From a bacterium (lineage in GTDB: Bacteria; Bacillota; Clostridia; Christensenellales; CAG-138), in the NCBI GenBank assembly GCA_963643205.1, contig CAVIJJ010000001.1, forward strand, positions 6,651-70,650: a stretch of 64,000 nucleotides of DNA. The letters are read 5' to 3'. Both the position numbers and the translations under genes were made by a program. The notes below the pieces were generated by a model. It did not search any database. It saw only the letters and a list, made by a program, of their open reading frames with translations, and had not been told where the DNA came from. Shown in pieces: positions 37,327 through 47,799 of the stretch (position 1 is its first letter; each line of letters begins with the position of its first letter).

Positions 37327-38326
37327 TCTTGGTTTCTTCCTCCTTAGGAACGGTGTTCTTTTTCTTGCCGCGCTTTTTTGTCGCGGCTCGAACAATTATC
37401 ACTATCAGCGCAACCACTATTGCCACGATGACTATCACGGGCAGGCTCGATACAAACCATACAAAGAAGTTAACGAAGAATACCCCTACGCCGTTCAGCG
37501 TGTTAGTAAAGCCCTCGCTTATTCTCTCGGCGGTAGTTTGCTCGTTGGCGGGTCCGGTTATGGCGTTGCGCTCGTTGATGAAAAGATAAACGGTGGTGTA
37601 GTCTATAAGCGCGTCGTAGCGCTTAAGCGTGCCGGTAAGGGATTCAATCTCCAGCATAACCTCGCTTATCCTGTTCTCAAGCTCTATTATATCAGATAGA
37701 TTGTCTGTTTCAACCATAATCGCGCGCAGCCTTTCAAGCTGCTCCTGCAGCACGGCAAGCCTAGTGTCGGCATCATAGTATTCATCGGTGATGTCGTCCG
37801 TATAATCGCGAATATAGTTTATTTTGCCAAGCGTTTTTACGCCGCTTATAAAATCGCTTGCCTTTTCGGCCGGAATACGGATTGTCATTTCCAGGTATCT
37901 GCCCGCGTCGCCATACGCTTCGGGCTTTGATCCGCTAAGGCTTGATTCCAGCACATATCCGCCGAACTCACTTATTCTGGCGTTTATGTAGACCGTGTCG
38001 TCATCAAAAGCGCTTGTGGTCAGGCTTATATCGTAATTCCTTATTATCTTTCGTCCGGCGTACATGTCTTCGGATGATTCGGCGGTGCTCGTTGAATGGG
38101 TGTACGCATTGTAACTTAAAGATACATCGGAATCGCTTGCTACGGCAGCGGAGGTGTAATCCTCAATGTATTCTTCCCCAACTTCCTGACCGGCAGTATA
38201 TGAAATACTTGCGTCTGTCGCCATGTAAGAATCATAGCTTGACGAACGGCCGCTGCACCCCGCGAATGCAAGGCAAAGCATAAGCGCCGTGGAAATAACT
38301 GCGAGAAGCTTTTTATATCGGTTCAT
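37319..38326 (-). CDS. DUF4349-like lipoprotein with C-terminal TM
   Basis: Lipobox FAGC. RKIIRNYDISLTT..., coiled-coil segment (LAVLQEQLERLRAIM), C-terminal TM and a Lys-rich tail. Confidence 0.7.
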   Translation of the reverse strand: MNRYKKLLAVISTALMLCLAFAGCSGRSSSYDSYMATDASISYTAGQEVGEEYIEDYTSAAVASDSDVSLSYNAYTHSTSTAESSEDMYAGRKIIRNYDISLTTSAFDDDTVYINARISEFGGYVLESSLSGSKPEAYGDAGRYLEMTIRIPAEKASDFISGVKTLGKINYIRDYTDDITDEYYDADTRLAVLQEQLERLRAIMVETDNLSDIIELENRISEVMLEIESLTGTLKRYDALIDYTTVYLFINERNAITGPANEQTTAERISEGFTNTLNGVGVFFVNFFVWFVSSLPVIVIVAIVVALIVIIVRAATKKRGKKKNTVPKEEETKNE

Positions 38327-38538
38327 TCTGTGTACCCTCCTTAAGTAGTGCCTTTGTAAATATAACGCGCGAATGCGGCAAAAGGTTGCAATTACGGAAT
38401 AATTGTATTATATATGCTTGTTCGGGCAGGAAAACGTGCGCAAATCGGCGAATATAAGCCTGAAAATTGCCGTAATGCTTTATTTTTTGAATATTGCTGT
38501 GATATAATAACCAAAAGCGTCCTTAGGGAGGATACATC

Positions 38539-39000
38539 ATGAAGTGCAGATATTGCCACGGAACCGAAAGCAAGGTTGTAGACTCTAGGCCTACAGATGA
38601 CGGCACAAGCATTCGCAGGCGCAGAGAATGCATGACTTGCGGCCGCCGCTTTACCACCTATGAAAAAATAGAAGAAATTCCGATCATGGTTATAAAAAAA
38701 GACGGTCGCCGCGAAGCTTTCGACAGCGAGAAGGTGCTTATGGGCATTCGCAAGGCCTGTGAGAAGCGCCCTGTAAGCGCGGCCCAGATGGATAAGCTGG
38801 TGGAGGAGGTTGTGAGGGAAGTGAACAACACCCTTGAGCAGGAAGTTACAAGCAACTATGTCGGCGAGCTTGTAATGCGCGGTCTAAAGGACCTGGACGA
38901 GGTCGCGTATGTTCGTTTCGCTTCCGTATACAGGCAGTTTAAGGATATAAACACGTTTATGGAAGAACTCAAACTTCTTTTGAACGATAAATGCGAATGA
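38539..39000 (+). CDS. nrdR: Transcriptional repressor NrdR
   Basis: MKCRYCHG...VVDSRP...[17 protein letters not shown] zinc ribbon plus an ATP-cone. Confidence 0.95.
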   Translation: MKCRYCHGTESKVVDSRPTDDGTSIRRRRECMTCGRRFTTYEKIEEIPIMVIKKDGRREAFDSEKVLMGIRKACEKRPVSAAQMDKLVEEVVREVNNTLEQEVTSNYVGELVMRGLKDLDEVAYVRFASVYRQFKDINTFMEELKLLLNDKCE

Positions 39001-39869
39001 TGGATAGATACGAATACCTTTCCGCGTACCAAAGAATGAATCGAGGCTGCCTGTATGAAGAAAACGCGGGTATAGGCTTTTTCCGCGCTAAGCAGCTGAA
39101 GAATATGCCTGGCGTTGAGCATGGGTTTACGTCAAGGCAGGGAGGAGTAAGCCCCAAACCATGCGATTCACTCCATTTGAATTTCAAAAAGCCGCATGAT
39201 CTTGCTCTCGTCAAAGAAAATTTCTCCCGCTTCGCTTCCGCCGCCGGGATAGATTATCAAAGCATGGTTGTTGTAAGCTATGAGCACGGCACAAATGTGC
39301 TTAAGCTTGATTCAAAAGACGCGGGCCGCGGCTTTGATAAAGAGCCGCTTGATAATTGCGACGGTATAATTACCGATTCACCCACTCTTACCCTTATAAC
39401 CAATCATGCCGATTGCGGCGCTTTCTTTATATTCGATCCTGTTAAAAAAGCGGTTGGCCTTGCCCATTCCGGCTGGAAGGGTACGCTCGGGGGCATCGGC
39501 GCGAATGTTGTAAAGCTTATGCGGCAGTGCTACGGATCAAACCCCAATGATATGATAGCTTCCACAGGCCCTGCGATTTGCAAAAATTGCTACGAGGTGG
39601 ACGAGCCGCTTGCTCAAAGGTTTGATGATCGCTTTGGCCGTGGCGTATGCACGCGGCCCGGCAGGGAGGGTCACGCATGGCTTGATCTTGAGGCCGCGCA
39701 GGCGATACAGCTTGTCGAGGCGGGGCTAAAATGCGAAAACATAACGCTTATGGAAAAGTGTACGTTCGAAGATGAAGAGCATCTTTTTTCGCATAGGCGC
39801 GATACACCGCGCTTTGGAGGAACCGGAGATATGGCAGCATATATACGCATCGTGGCAGAAGACGCATAA
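38991..39869 (+). CDS. pgeF: Peptidoglycan editing factor PgeF (YfiH/laccase-domain family)
   Basis: [14 protein letters not shown], ...HADC..., GWKGT. The start is ambiguous (38991, 38997 or 39000) and overlaps the nrdR stop. Confidence 0.85.
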   Translation: MRMMDRYEYLSAYQRMNRGCLYEENAGIGFFRAKQLKNMPGVEHGFTSRQGGVSPKPCDSLHLNFKKPHDLALVKENFSRFASAAGIDYQSMVVVSYEHGTNVLKLDSKDAGRGFDKEPLDNCDGIITDSPTLTLITNHADCGAFFIFDPVKKAVGLAHSGWKGTLGGIGANVVKLMRQCYGSNPNDMIASTGPAICKNCYEVDEPLAQRFDDRFGRGVCTRPGREGHAWLDLEAAQAIQLVEAGLKCENITLMEKCTFEDEEHLFSHRRDTPRFGGTGDMAAYIRIVAEDA

Positions 39870-39974
39870 AAAGAAAAATATATGTGAATTGCCCGATAAC
39901 TCGGGCATGTGATGCTTTTCATAAGCATCGTAATCTGATATAATATCGAAAAAGATAAATAAGGAGGGCATATT

Positions 39975-40406
39975 ATGGCAGCAGAAAATGAGATTACGCG
40001 TGAGCTGAACGAGGTACAGGGCGGCAAAATAAGCTTTGCGCCGGACGTGATAGCAACTATAGCAAGCCTTGCCGCAACCGAGGTTGAAGGCGTAGAGGGT
40101 ATGGCCGGCGGAGTTGTTGAAGGCATTACCGGCATGATAAGCAACAAAAAGAGCCTGACCAAGGGCGTTAAGGTTGATGTGGCCGATGAGCAGGTTTCCA
40201 TCGATGTAAACGTCATCATCAAGTATGGCTACAAGCTGCACGAGGTATGCGCAAATATACAGAACGGTGCCAAGAACGCGATAGAGACCATGACCGGCCT
40301 TAAGGTGAGCGCTGTAAACGTATTTGTTTCATCCATTAGCTTTGAAAAGGCGAAGAAACAGGTTGTACAGTCTGCGGCAGATGCCGAGCAGACCACGGAA
40401 GAATAA
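39975..40406 (+). CDS. Asp23/Gls24 family envelope stress protein
   Basis: GKISFAPDVIATIASLAATEVEGV... is typical of Asp23. Extended -10 TGATATAAT at 39936-39944. Confidence 0.9.
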   Translation: MAAENEITRELNEVQGGKISFAPDVIATIASLAATEVEGVEGMAGGVVEGITGMISNKKSLTKGVKVDVADEQVSIDVNVIIKYGYKLHEVCANIQNGAKNAIETMTGLKVSAVNVFVSSISFEKAKKQVVQSAADAEQTTEE

Positions 40407-40468
40407 AACAAAGCACAGTAATTGATTACGCCGCCGCGTATACGGCGGCGTATATTAGGAGTGACGAA

Positions 40469-41044
40469 ATGAGATTTAATTTTTTTGACAAATTCCTGCT
40501 CGTGCTGCTGCTTTTGTGCGTAATAGCGCTGAGCGCGCTCTGCGTGGCGGTGGCTATGGGCTTCGTTTCGTATGAAATGATAGTTATGCCGATTAAAATC
40601 GTTACTAACGGTCTTATTGTAAATAAGCTTATACTCGGCGCGATAGGCGTTGTCCTGCTTGCTGTAGCGTTAAGGCTGTTTGTGGCTATGGGCAAAAAGC
40701 GTACCACGAAGGGGGCTGCTGCTCCCATGCCCACGTCTACAATGGTCATGAGCGGCGATAACGGCTCTGCATATATAACAATCGCTGCAATAGATTCATT
40801 GGTGCAGAGGCATTGTCGCGCCAACGCAAAGGTTAAGGAATGCGAGTCGGCAGTATTGCCGGCAAGCGATCCTACCTCCGGCATAAGCATAAAGCTTAGG
40901 CTTGGTGTTTCACCGGATGCGGTAATACCGGAGCTTAGCGCCAATCTTCAAAAAAGCCTTAAAGAGTATATTGAGTCGCTTTGCGGCGTTGCCGTGAACG
41001 CCATCGATATTCTTATCGTGCCTGTACAGCAAAAAAGCATATAA
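40469..41044 (+). CDS. amaP: Alkaline shock response membrane anchor protein AmaP-like
   Basis: N-terminal double TM followed by an Asp23-like fold. Position is immediately after asp23. Confidence 0.7.
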   Translation: MRFNFFDKFLLVLLLLCVIALSALCVAVAMGFVSYEMIVMPIKIVTNGLIVNKLILGAIGVVLLAVALRLFVAMGKKRTTKGAAAPMPTSTMVMSGDNGSAYITIAAIDSLVQRHCRANAKVKECESAVLPASDPTSGISIKLRLGVSPDAVIPELSANLQKSLKEYIESLCGVAVNAIDILIVPVQQKSI

Positions 41045-41056
41045 GGAGCACGCTAT

Positions 41057-41275
41057 ATGAATTTCATGGAATTCTGGCTTAAATATAAGTGGCGCATACT
41101 TAGCGTGCTGTTCGCAATAGTTCTTGCGGCGTTTCTCTTTACCATAGGTTTTTGGAAAACCTTACTGCTTTTCGTGCTGGTCGGTATCGCTTTCTTTATA
41201 GGCTCGCTGCTTGATGAGGGCGGGCGCGCAAGGGTGAGCGAATTTTTCCGTTCCATCTTTAAAAGCGACAAGTAA
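41057..41275 (+). CDS. DUF2273 small integral membrane protein
   Basis: 72 aa with two TMs. It is the third gene of the conserved asp23-amaP-DUF2273 operon. Confidence 0.65.
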   Translation: MNFMEFWLKYKWRILSVLFAIVLAAFLFTIGFWKTLLLFVLVGIAFFIGSLLDEGGRARVSEFFRSIFKSDK

Positions 41276-41318
41276 CGCGGTATAATTATTCATAAACATA
41301 CACAAAGGAAGATATCAC

Positions 41319-41729
41319 ATGAGCAGAAAAACCGCCCGTGAAGTGGCGATGAAGTTGGCGTTCGCGCGTCTGTTCGGCGGCGAAGATACCTACGAGGCCA
41401 TATTGGAAAAGTCGGGCATAAACGAGAAGCCTACCGAAGACGATATGAGCTATTCGGATCAGGTTATTCGCGGCATTGAAGAGCACGGCACGGAGCTTGA
41501 TGAGAAAATAGCGGAGCTTGCGATAGGCTGGAGCATAGATCGTATGCCGAGAGTGGACCTGTCCATATTGCGCGTAGCTATCTACGAAATGCTGTATATG
41601 GACGCGATTCCATCAAGTGTATCGATAAACGAAGCGGTAGAGCTTGCGAAGCGCTTCGGAGGAGAGAAGAGCTCTTCGTATATAAACGGTATGCTGGGCA
41701 CGCTTGCCAAGCAAACCGACAAGGAATAA
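41319..41729 (+). CDS. nusB: Transcription antitermination factor NusB
   Basis: SRKTAREVAMKLAF..., ...INEAVELAKRFGGEKSSSYINGMLG. Confidence 0.9.
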   Translation: MSRKTAREVAMKLAFARLFGGEDTYEAILEKSGINEKPTEDDMSYSDQVIRGIEEHGTELDEKIAELAIGWSIDRMPRVDLSILRVAIYEMLYMDAIPSSVSINEAVELAKRFGGEKSSSYINGMLGTLAKQTDKE

Positions 41730-41733
41730 TAAC

Positions 41734-42690
41734 TTGAACGCGCAGTATATTGGCATAGACACAAGCTGTTATACAACATCCGCCGCATGCGTGGAAAATG
41801 GGAGCATCGTTTCTGATAAAAGGACGATGCTCCGCGTTGCGTCCGGGGAAAGAGGACTTAGGCAGAGCGACGGCGTTTTTCAGCACGTAAGAAACCTTGC
41901 CGAAATAATGCCAAACCTTTTGTCGGATTCCGACAGGGCCTCGATTAAGGCGGTTGCGGTAAGCACCCGCCCCAGACCTGAACGGGATTCGTATATGCCT
42001 GTGTTCCTTGCCGGCAAAACTGCCGCGATAACGCTTGCCAACGCCCTTGGTGTAAGGCTTATTGAGTTAAGCCATCAGCAGGGGCATATAAGGGCCGCCT
42101 TATATGGTAATGAGAGCCTTATCGGAAAACGCTTCCTTGGCATGCATATATCCGGCGGCACAACCGAAATATTTACCGTAAGCGAAAATCTTGGGATAAC
42201 ATTGATAGGTGGCTGCGGTGATCTTCACGCGGGCCAGCTTGTAGACAGGGTTGGCGTAAGCCTCGGTATGGATTTCCCAAGCGGAAAATATATGGAGACG
42301 CTTGCCTCCGGCTTAAAGGAAGAGCCTGCGGTGCGCCTGCCTATATGGGTGCGCGGCACAAAGTGCTCGTTTTCCGGTACCGAAAGCGCGGCGCAAAGGT
42401 TGATAGAGCAGCATGCGGACAGCGCGCAGATAGCGTATGCCGTATATGATGCTATGGCGCGCACGTTCCATAAGCTTATCGTAAACGCTGCGGACGAAAC
42501 CGGGCTTGACTGCGTGCTTATCGCGGGCGGCGTTGCATCAAGCGGCCTTTTAAGGCACCTGCTTGCCGAAAGAATGGCCAAGCGCGGCCATGTTGACATA
42601 CGCTTTGGCGAAGGAAAGCTTTCAAGCGATAACGCGGTAGGCATTGCCCTTTTGTGCGAGGATATATGCGCGGGGAGAATTGAAGCATGA
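41734..42690 (+). CDS. Kae1/TsaD-family (ASKHA fold) paralogue of unknown role
   Basis: GIDTSCYTTS, SHQQGH (HxxxH metal site), GGTTE, IAGGVASSGLLR. I propose a TTG start at 41734. The alternative ATG at 41704 would overlap nusB by 26 nt. Confidence 0.7.
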   Translation: MNAQYIGIDTSCYTTSAACVENGSIVSDKRTMLRVASGERGLRQSDGVFQHVRNLAEIMPNLLSDSDRASIKAVAVSTRPRPERDSYMPVFLAGKTAAITLANALGVRLIELSHQQGHIRAALYGNESLIGKRFLGMHISGGTTEIFTVSENLGITLIGGCGDLHAGQLVDRVGVSLGMDFPSGKYMETLASGLKEEPAVRLPIWVRGTKCSFSGTESAAQRLIEQHADSAQIAYAVYDAMARTFHKLIVNAADETGLDCVLIAGGVASSGLLRHLLAERMAKRGHVDIRFGEGKLSSDNAVGIALLCEDICAGRIEA

Positions 42691-43898
42691 CGGAAGGGTA
42701 TATATTAAGCGTTACGCAGCTTAATGAATATGTCAATACGCTGATAAGAAACGATGTGCTGCTCGGGTCCGTGTCAATTCGCGGCGAAATAAGCGGTCTT
42801 AAGCGCCATACTTCCGGGCATGTCTATTTTTCGCTTAAGGATGACTCAGCTCTTGTCAGATGCGTTATGTTCAGGCAAAACGCCATATCGATGCCTGCGG
42901 GCATTACTGACGGCATGCAGGTTGTTGTTTCCGGCTACGCGTCAATATATACTAAAGACGGTCAATTTCAGTTTTATGTAAAATCGATGAGCCGCGAGGG
43001 TGAGGGAGAGCTTTACAGGCGCTTTCTTATGCTTAAAACAAGGCTTGCGGCGCAAGGACTTTTTGATGAAAGCCATAAGAAGCCAATACCCGTGCTTCCC
43101 AAATGTGTGGGAGTTGTAACATCAAAAACCGGAGCGGCGCTGCAGGACATAATAAATATTATTCGCAGGCGATTCCCTATGATGGATATACTTGTTTCGC
43201 CTGCCGCGGTACAGGGTATCGATGCCGCCAAGGAAATAGCGGACGCGATTAAGCTTATTGATTCAAGCGGCAAGGCGGATGTTTTGATTGTCGGCCGCGG
43301 CGGAGGAAGCATAGAGGACCTTTGGGCATTTAACGAAGAAATTGTAGCCCGCGCGATATACGAGTGCAAAACTCCCATTATAAGTGCTGTAGGGCATGAA
43401 ACGGATTTTACCATAGCCGATTTCGCGGCGGATCTTCGCGCGCCAACGCCAAGCGCGGCGGCGGAACTGTGCGTGCCGGAGTATGAGGCTCTGAGCGAGT
43501 CGCTTGAGTATTTGTCCGAAAGGATACTTTCGCTCTGTGCGGATAGAATAGAGCGGGAAGAGAAGAACATAGCGATGCTTGAGCAGGGGACAGCGCGCAA
43601 TGCCTGTGCGCAGGAACTAAGCCTAAAAGAGGCTGAGCTTAACTCGCTTATGGTGGGTATTTCGGCCGCTGTGCGGCAAAGCGTGAGCGGAGCCGAGCAT
43701 ATGCTGGCGCTGAATTCTGCAAGGCTTGATTCATTGGCCCCGTCGCGTACGCTTGAACGCGGCTACGCCATAGTCAAAAGGGGAAAGAAATATGTTTCGT
43801 CGGTTAATAACTTAACTGCCGGAGATGAAATAGAAATTTTGCTTAGCGACGGCACGGCGGGAGCGAATGTTACCTTTGCCGGGGAGGAAGGAAAATAA
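42687..43898 (+). CDS. xseA: Exodeoxyribonuclease VII large subunit
   Basis: SVTQLNEYVNTLI..., OB fold plus catalytic core (GVVTSKTGAALQDI, GRGGGSIEDLWAFN). Confidence 0.9.
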   Translation: MTEGYILSVTQLNEYVNTLIRNDVLLGSVSIRGEISGLKRHTSGHVYFSLKDDSALVRCVMFRQNAISMPAGITDGMQVVVSGYASIYTKDGQFQFYVKSMSREGEGELYRRFLMLKTRLAAQGLFDESHKKPIPVLPKCVGVVTSKTGAALQDIINIIRRRFPMMDILVSPAAVQGIDAAKEIADAIKLIDSSGKADVLIVGRGGGSIEDLWAFNEEIVARAIYECKTPIISAVGHETDFTIADFAADLRAPTPSAAAELCVPEYEALSESLEYLSERILSLCADRIEREEKNIAMLEQGTARNACAQELSLKEAELNSLMVGISAAVRQSVSGAEHMLALNSARLDSLAPSRTLERGYAIVKRGKKYVSSVNNLTAGDEIEILLSDGTAGANVTFAGEEGK

Positions 43899-44110
43899 TG
43901 GCGAAAAAGTCAGAAACTTACGAAAACATGACCGAAAGGCTGCAGCAGATAGCGGATAAGCTTTCGGATGGGAATCTGCCGCTTGAAGAAATGATAAAGC
44001 TTTATGAAGAGGGCGCGAAGCTTGCCTCAAAGTGCCGTGAAATGCTTGAAGGGTATAAAGCACGGCTGGACATTATAGAAAAGCAGAACGATGAAAAAGA
44101 CGATGAGTGA
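43898..44110 (+). CDS. xseB: Exodeoxyribonuclease VII small subunit
   Basis: 70 aa. ...LEEMIKLYEEGAKLASKCREML... TAATG overlap with xseA. Confidence 0.9.
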   Translation: MAKKSETYENMTERLQQIADKLSDGNLPLEEMIKLYEEGAKLASKCREMLEGYKARLDIIEKQNDEKDDE

Positions 44111-44978
44111 CAAGGAACGCATCGAAGGAATAGAAATCGCGCTTAAAGCGTATGTTGAAAACTGCGGGGCACCTGAAAAGCTGAAGCAGTCAATGGCATA
44201 CAGTCTGCTTGCCGGCGGTAAGCGCCTAAGACCCGTGCTTTGCCTTAAAACCGCGGGTATGCTAGGCGGCAGCGAGGAGGACGCAATGCCAGTCGCGTGC
44301 GCCCTTGAGATGATACATACCTATTCACTTATACATGATGATTTGCCATGCATGGATAATGACGATATGCGGCGCGGCAGGCCGTCGAATCATGTTGTGT
44401 TCGGAGAATCCGGTGCTATGCTTGCGGGAGACGGGCTTTTAAGTCTTGCGTTTGAAACTATGCTAAACGCGGGGCTTGATGTTGTGAAACGCGCGCCGCG
44501 TTACTATGAGGCGTGCGCGGAGGTTGCTCGCGGCGCCGGAGTAAGCGGTATGGTTGCGGGCCAAACGCTTGATCTTGATATGACGGGGAAAACCGGTGAT
44601 CTTGCCATGCTTGAGGCGATACAGTCGCGAAAAACCGGCGCTATGATAGAAGCCGCCCTTGCTTCCGGCGCTATAATTGCGAACGCGAATGAAACAGAGC
44701 TTTCGGCGATAAGGCGATACGCGAAAAGCTTCGGCAGACTCTTTCAAATTACGGATGACCTTTTGGATGTTGTAGGTTCTAACGAGGCTATGGGTAAAAC
44801 CCTCGGCAAGGACGCCGCGGAGGATAAGCTTACGGCGGTTACGCTATTAGGCCTTGACGGGGCGAAAAAGTATGCCGCCGGCACGGCGGAAGAAGCAAGG
44901 CTTGCGCTCAGCATATTCGGAGATCGTGCAGGGTGGATGAACGCACTTATAGACTCCACTCTGAGCAGAAATAAATAG
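44091..44978 (+). CDS. ispA: Polyprenyl (farnesyl/geranylgeranyl) diphosphate synthase
   Basis: LIHDDLPCMDNDDMRRG (first DDxxD-type motif) and FQITDDLLD (second). An alternative start at 44103 (ATGAGTGA overlap) is possible. Confidence 0.85.
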   Translation: MKKTMSDKERIEGIEIALKAYVENCGAPEKLKQSMAYSLLAGGKRLRPVLCLKTAGMLGGSEEDAMPVACALEMIHTYSLIHDDLPCMDNDDMRRGRPSNHVVFGESGAMLAGDGLLSLAFETMLNAGLDVVKRAPRYYEACAEVARGAGVSGMVAGQTLDLDMTGKTGDLAMLEAIQSRKTGAMIEAALASGAIIANANETELSAIRRYAKSFGRLFQITDDLLDVVGSNEAMGKTLGKDAAEDKLTAVTLLGLDGAKKYAAGTAEEARLALSIFGDRAGWMNALIDSTLSRNK

Positions 44979-45057
44979 TAAGCGTATTAAGCGCGGCTGT
45001 AGGTTAAACGCAACCGTGGCGGAATGATACGCCGCTAATGATGAAAGGCAGACTGGG

Positions 45058-46911
45058 ATGGCGGAATACCCCATTATAAACAAAATACATTCTAGCGCCG
45101 ATTACCGCTCGTTATCCGCAGAGGAACTAAAAAAACTCCCTGCGGAAATACGTGCTTTTTTGGTAGAAAAGGTTTCTAAAAATGGCGGGCATCTCGCCTC
45201 AAACCTTGGAGTGGTGGAACTTACAATGGCGCTGCACAGCGCTTTTTACGCTCCCGAGGACAGAATAATATTCGACGTTGGCCATCAGGCCTATGTTCAT
45301 AAAATACTTTCCGGCAGGGCGGATCAGTTTGATACGCTAAGAAAGATGGCCGGTCTCAGCGGGTTTCCCAAACGCGCTGAAAGCGAATGCGATCCGTTTG
45401 AAACAGGTCACGCCAGCACGTCCGTATCGGCCGCTATAGGCATACTGCGTGCGGATAAAATCCTCGGCAGGGATAGAAACGTTGTTGCTGTTATAGGAGA
45501 CGGCGCCCTTTCCGGCGGCATGTGCTTTGAGGCGCTTAATGATGCCGGCCAAAGCGGTTTGCCGCTGATAGTTCTTATAAATGATAACGCTATGTCCATA
45601 TCCAGAAACGTGGGCGCGCTTAGCAAGCATCTTTATAGGATCCGTTCAAGCAGGTCGTATCGGCGTTTCAAAACAAATTTTTCGGAAAAGCTTAAGCGCA
45701 TTCCGCTTGTAGGCGAAAAGCTTTTCTCCGTGCTGCAAAGAGTAAAGAACAGGATAAAGTATTTTCTTATTCCGAATGTACTCTTTGAGGAAATGGGCTT
45801 TATATACTTAGGACCAGTGGATGGGCATAATGTAAAGGACATGACAAGTGTGCTTGAACGCGCCAAGGAGCTTAAAGAGCCGGTAGTGATTCACGCGCTT
45901 ACCATAAAAGGGAGAGGATACAGCTTTGCCGAAAATGATCCCGAGCGCTTTCACGGTATAAGCAGCTTTGATGCCCAAACCGGAAAGGTAAACAAAAAGA
46001 GCTCAGAAAAAAGCAATTCGGCTGTGTTTGGCGAAGAGCTCTGTAAGTTAGCCGAAAATGATAAAAGAATAGCCGCTATAACCGCCGCTATGCCGTCCGG
46101 TACAGGGCTTAGTGAATTCTCGCGCCTTTATCCTGAAAGATTTTTTGATGTCGGAATAGCGGAGGAGCATGCGGTGACAATGGCGGCCGGCATGGCAAGC
46201 GCCGGCATGCGCCCCGTTGTAGCGATATACTCAACCTTTTTGCAGCGCGCTTACGACCAGATAATACATGATGTTTGTCTGCAGGGGCTGAATGTGTGCT
46301 TCGCGATTGACAGGGCCGGTCTTGTGGGCGAGGATGGCGAAACGCACCAGGGCATATACGATATAGCGTTCCTCATCAATCTGTACGGAGTGAAGATAAT
46401 GGCGCCGTCAAGCAGGCAGGAACTGAAAGAAATGCTCAGCATGGCGCTCACGCTTGACGGGCCGTGTGCCATAAGGTACAATCGCGGCTCATTGCCGGAT
46501 AAACCTGTTGAAAAGCCGATAGAGTTCGGCAAATGGGAGGAAATTAAGCCCATTTCATCCGTTACGATTATAGCTGAAGGCCGCCTTGTGCAAACGGCGA
46601 TCAATGCTTCAAACGGAACTGATGCGGGCGTGATAAACGCGCGGTTTATAAAGCCCATGGATGATGAAATGCTTGAAAGAGTAGCCAACACATGCCGCAA
46701 TGTGATAACATTGGAAGATGGAATAAAGCATGGTGGCATGGGCAGCGCGATAAAGGAGCGCCTTGCGGGCAGAGTAAACGTGATTGTGCTTGGCGTAAGC
46801 GAAAAGCCGGTAACACACGCAAGCATAGCCGAGCAGGACGAGCTTAACGGCATATCGGAAGAAGCCGTGCGTAAGCTTATTATAAAGATTATTCAAGGGG
46901 ACGATGTATGA
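45058..46911 (+). CDS. dxs: 1-deoxy-D-xylulose-5-phosphate synthase
   Basis: GGHLASNLGVVELT, DVGHQAY.HK, GDGALSGGM, transketolase-like C-terminal domains. Confidence 0.95.
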   Translation: MAEYPIINKIHSSADYRSLSAEELKKLPAEIRAFLVEKVSKNGGHLASNLGVVELTMALHSAFYAPEDRIIFDVGHQAYVHKILSGRADQFDTLRKMAGLSGFPKRAESECDPFETGHASTSVSAAIGILRADKILGRDRNVVAVIGDGALSGGMCFEALNDAGQSGLPLIVLINDNAMSISRNVGALSKHLYRIRSSRSYRRFKTNFSEKLKRIPLVGEKLFSVLQRVKNRIKYFLIPNVLFEEMGFIYLGPVDGHNVKDMTSVLERAKELKEPVVIHALTIKGRGYSFAENDPERFHGISSFDAQTGKVNKKSSEKSNSAVFGEELCKLAENDKRIAAITAAMPSGTGLSEFSRLYPERFFDVGIAEEHAVTMAAGMASAGMRPVVAIYSTFLQRAYDQIIHDVCLQGLNVCFAIDRAGLVGEDGETHQGIYDIAFLINLYGVKIMAPSSRQELKEMLSMALTLDGPCAIRYNRGSLPDKPVEKPIEFGKWEEIKPISSVTIIAEGRLVQTAINASNGTDAGVINARFIKPMDDEMLERVANTCRNVITLEDGIKHGGMGSAIKERLAGRVNVIVLGVSEKPVTHASIAEQDELNGISEEAVRKLIIKIIQGDDV

Positions 46912-47732
46912 AAGGTACGCGGGCAGATGTAAGGCTTGTTGAGCTTGGCTTGTGCCAAAGCCGTGAAAAAGCCCGTTCACTTATAATGAGCGGGGCGGTA
47001 TATATAAATGAGGTTCGCGTGGAAAAGGCGGGGGACAACGTGCCGGAAGATTGTGTGCTTACGGTGCGCGAAAATCCCAATCCGTTCGTAAGCCGCGGCG
47101 GACTTAAGCTGCAAAAAGCCGTAGATAAATACAATATAGAGCTAAATGGATTGGTCGCTATGGATGTGGGCGCGTCTACCGGCGGGTTTACGGATTGCAT
47201 GCTTCAGCACGGCGCCAGAAAGGTATACTCCATAGATGTCGGCTATGGCCAGCTTGATTGGCGTTTAAGAAACGATGAGCGCGTTAAGGTTATGGAGCGC
47301 ACGAATGCCCGCAATATGGAGCCTGATTGGTTTGATGAAACGGTTGAGTTCGCCTCAATGGACGTTTCGTTTATATCAATTAAGCTGATATTGCCCGCGA
47401 TTTATAATTGCCTTAAGCATAATTCACAATCTGTAATACTTGTAAAGCCTCAGTTTGAGGCAGGTAAGGGCAAAGTAGGCAAAAACGGGGTTGTAAGGGA
47501 AGAGTCTACCCATAAAGAAGTGTTGCTTTCGTGTATGCTGTTCGCTCAGTCGTTGGGATTTGAAATTGAGCACGTTGACTATTCTCCCATAACGGGACCG
47601 AAGGGAAATATAGAATTTCTTATGGTCCTTCGTAAGCGCGGGGATGAGACGAATATGATTATGCAGGATCAGGCGGCTGAAATTGCGCAAAATGTTGTGG
47701 CGACAGCCCACTCAGATGAATTTATTACATAA
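46908..47732 (+). CDS. tlyA: TlyA-family rRNA 2-prime-O-methyltransferase
   Basis: S4 domain (RADVRLVELGL..SREKARSLI) plus a FtsJ-like methyltransferase (DVGASTGGFTDC). Confidence 0.9.
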   Translation: MKGTRADVRLVELGLCQSREKARSLIMSGAVYINEVRVEKAGDNVPEDCVLTVRENPNPFVSRGGLKLQKAVDKYNIELNGLVAMDVGASTGGFTDCMLQHGARKVYSIDVGYGQLDWRLRNDERVKVMERTNARNMEPDWFDETVEFASMDVSFISIKLILPAIYNCLKHNSQSVILVKPQFEAGKGKVGKNGVVREESTHKEVLLSCMLFAQSLGFEIEHVDYSPITGPKGNIEFLMVLRKRGDETNMIMQDQAAEIAQNVVATAHSDEFIT

Positions 47733-47799
47733 AATTGCATAATTAACACTTGTATAATTGGTTGTTTATAATGTATAATACCAATCAGTAGATTTCGGA

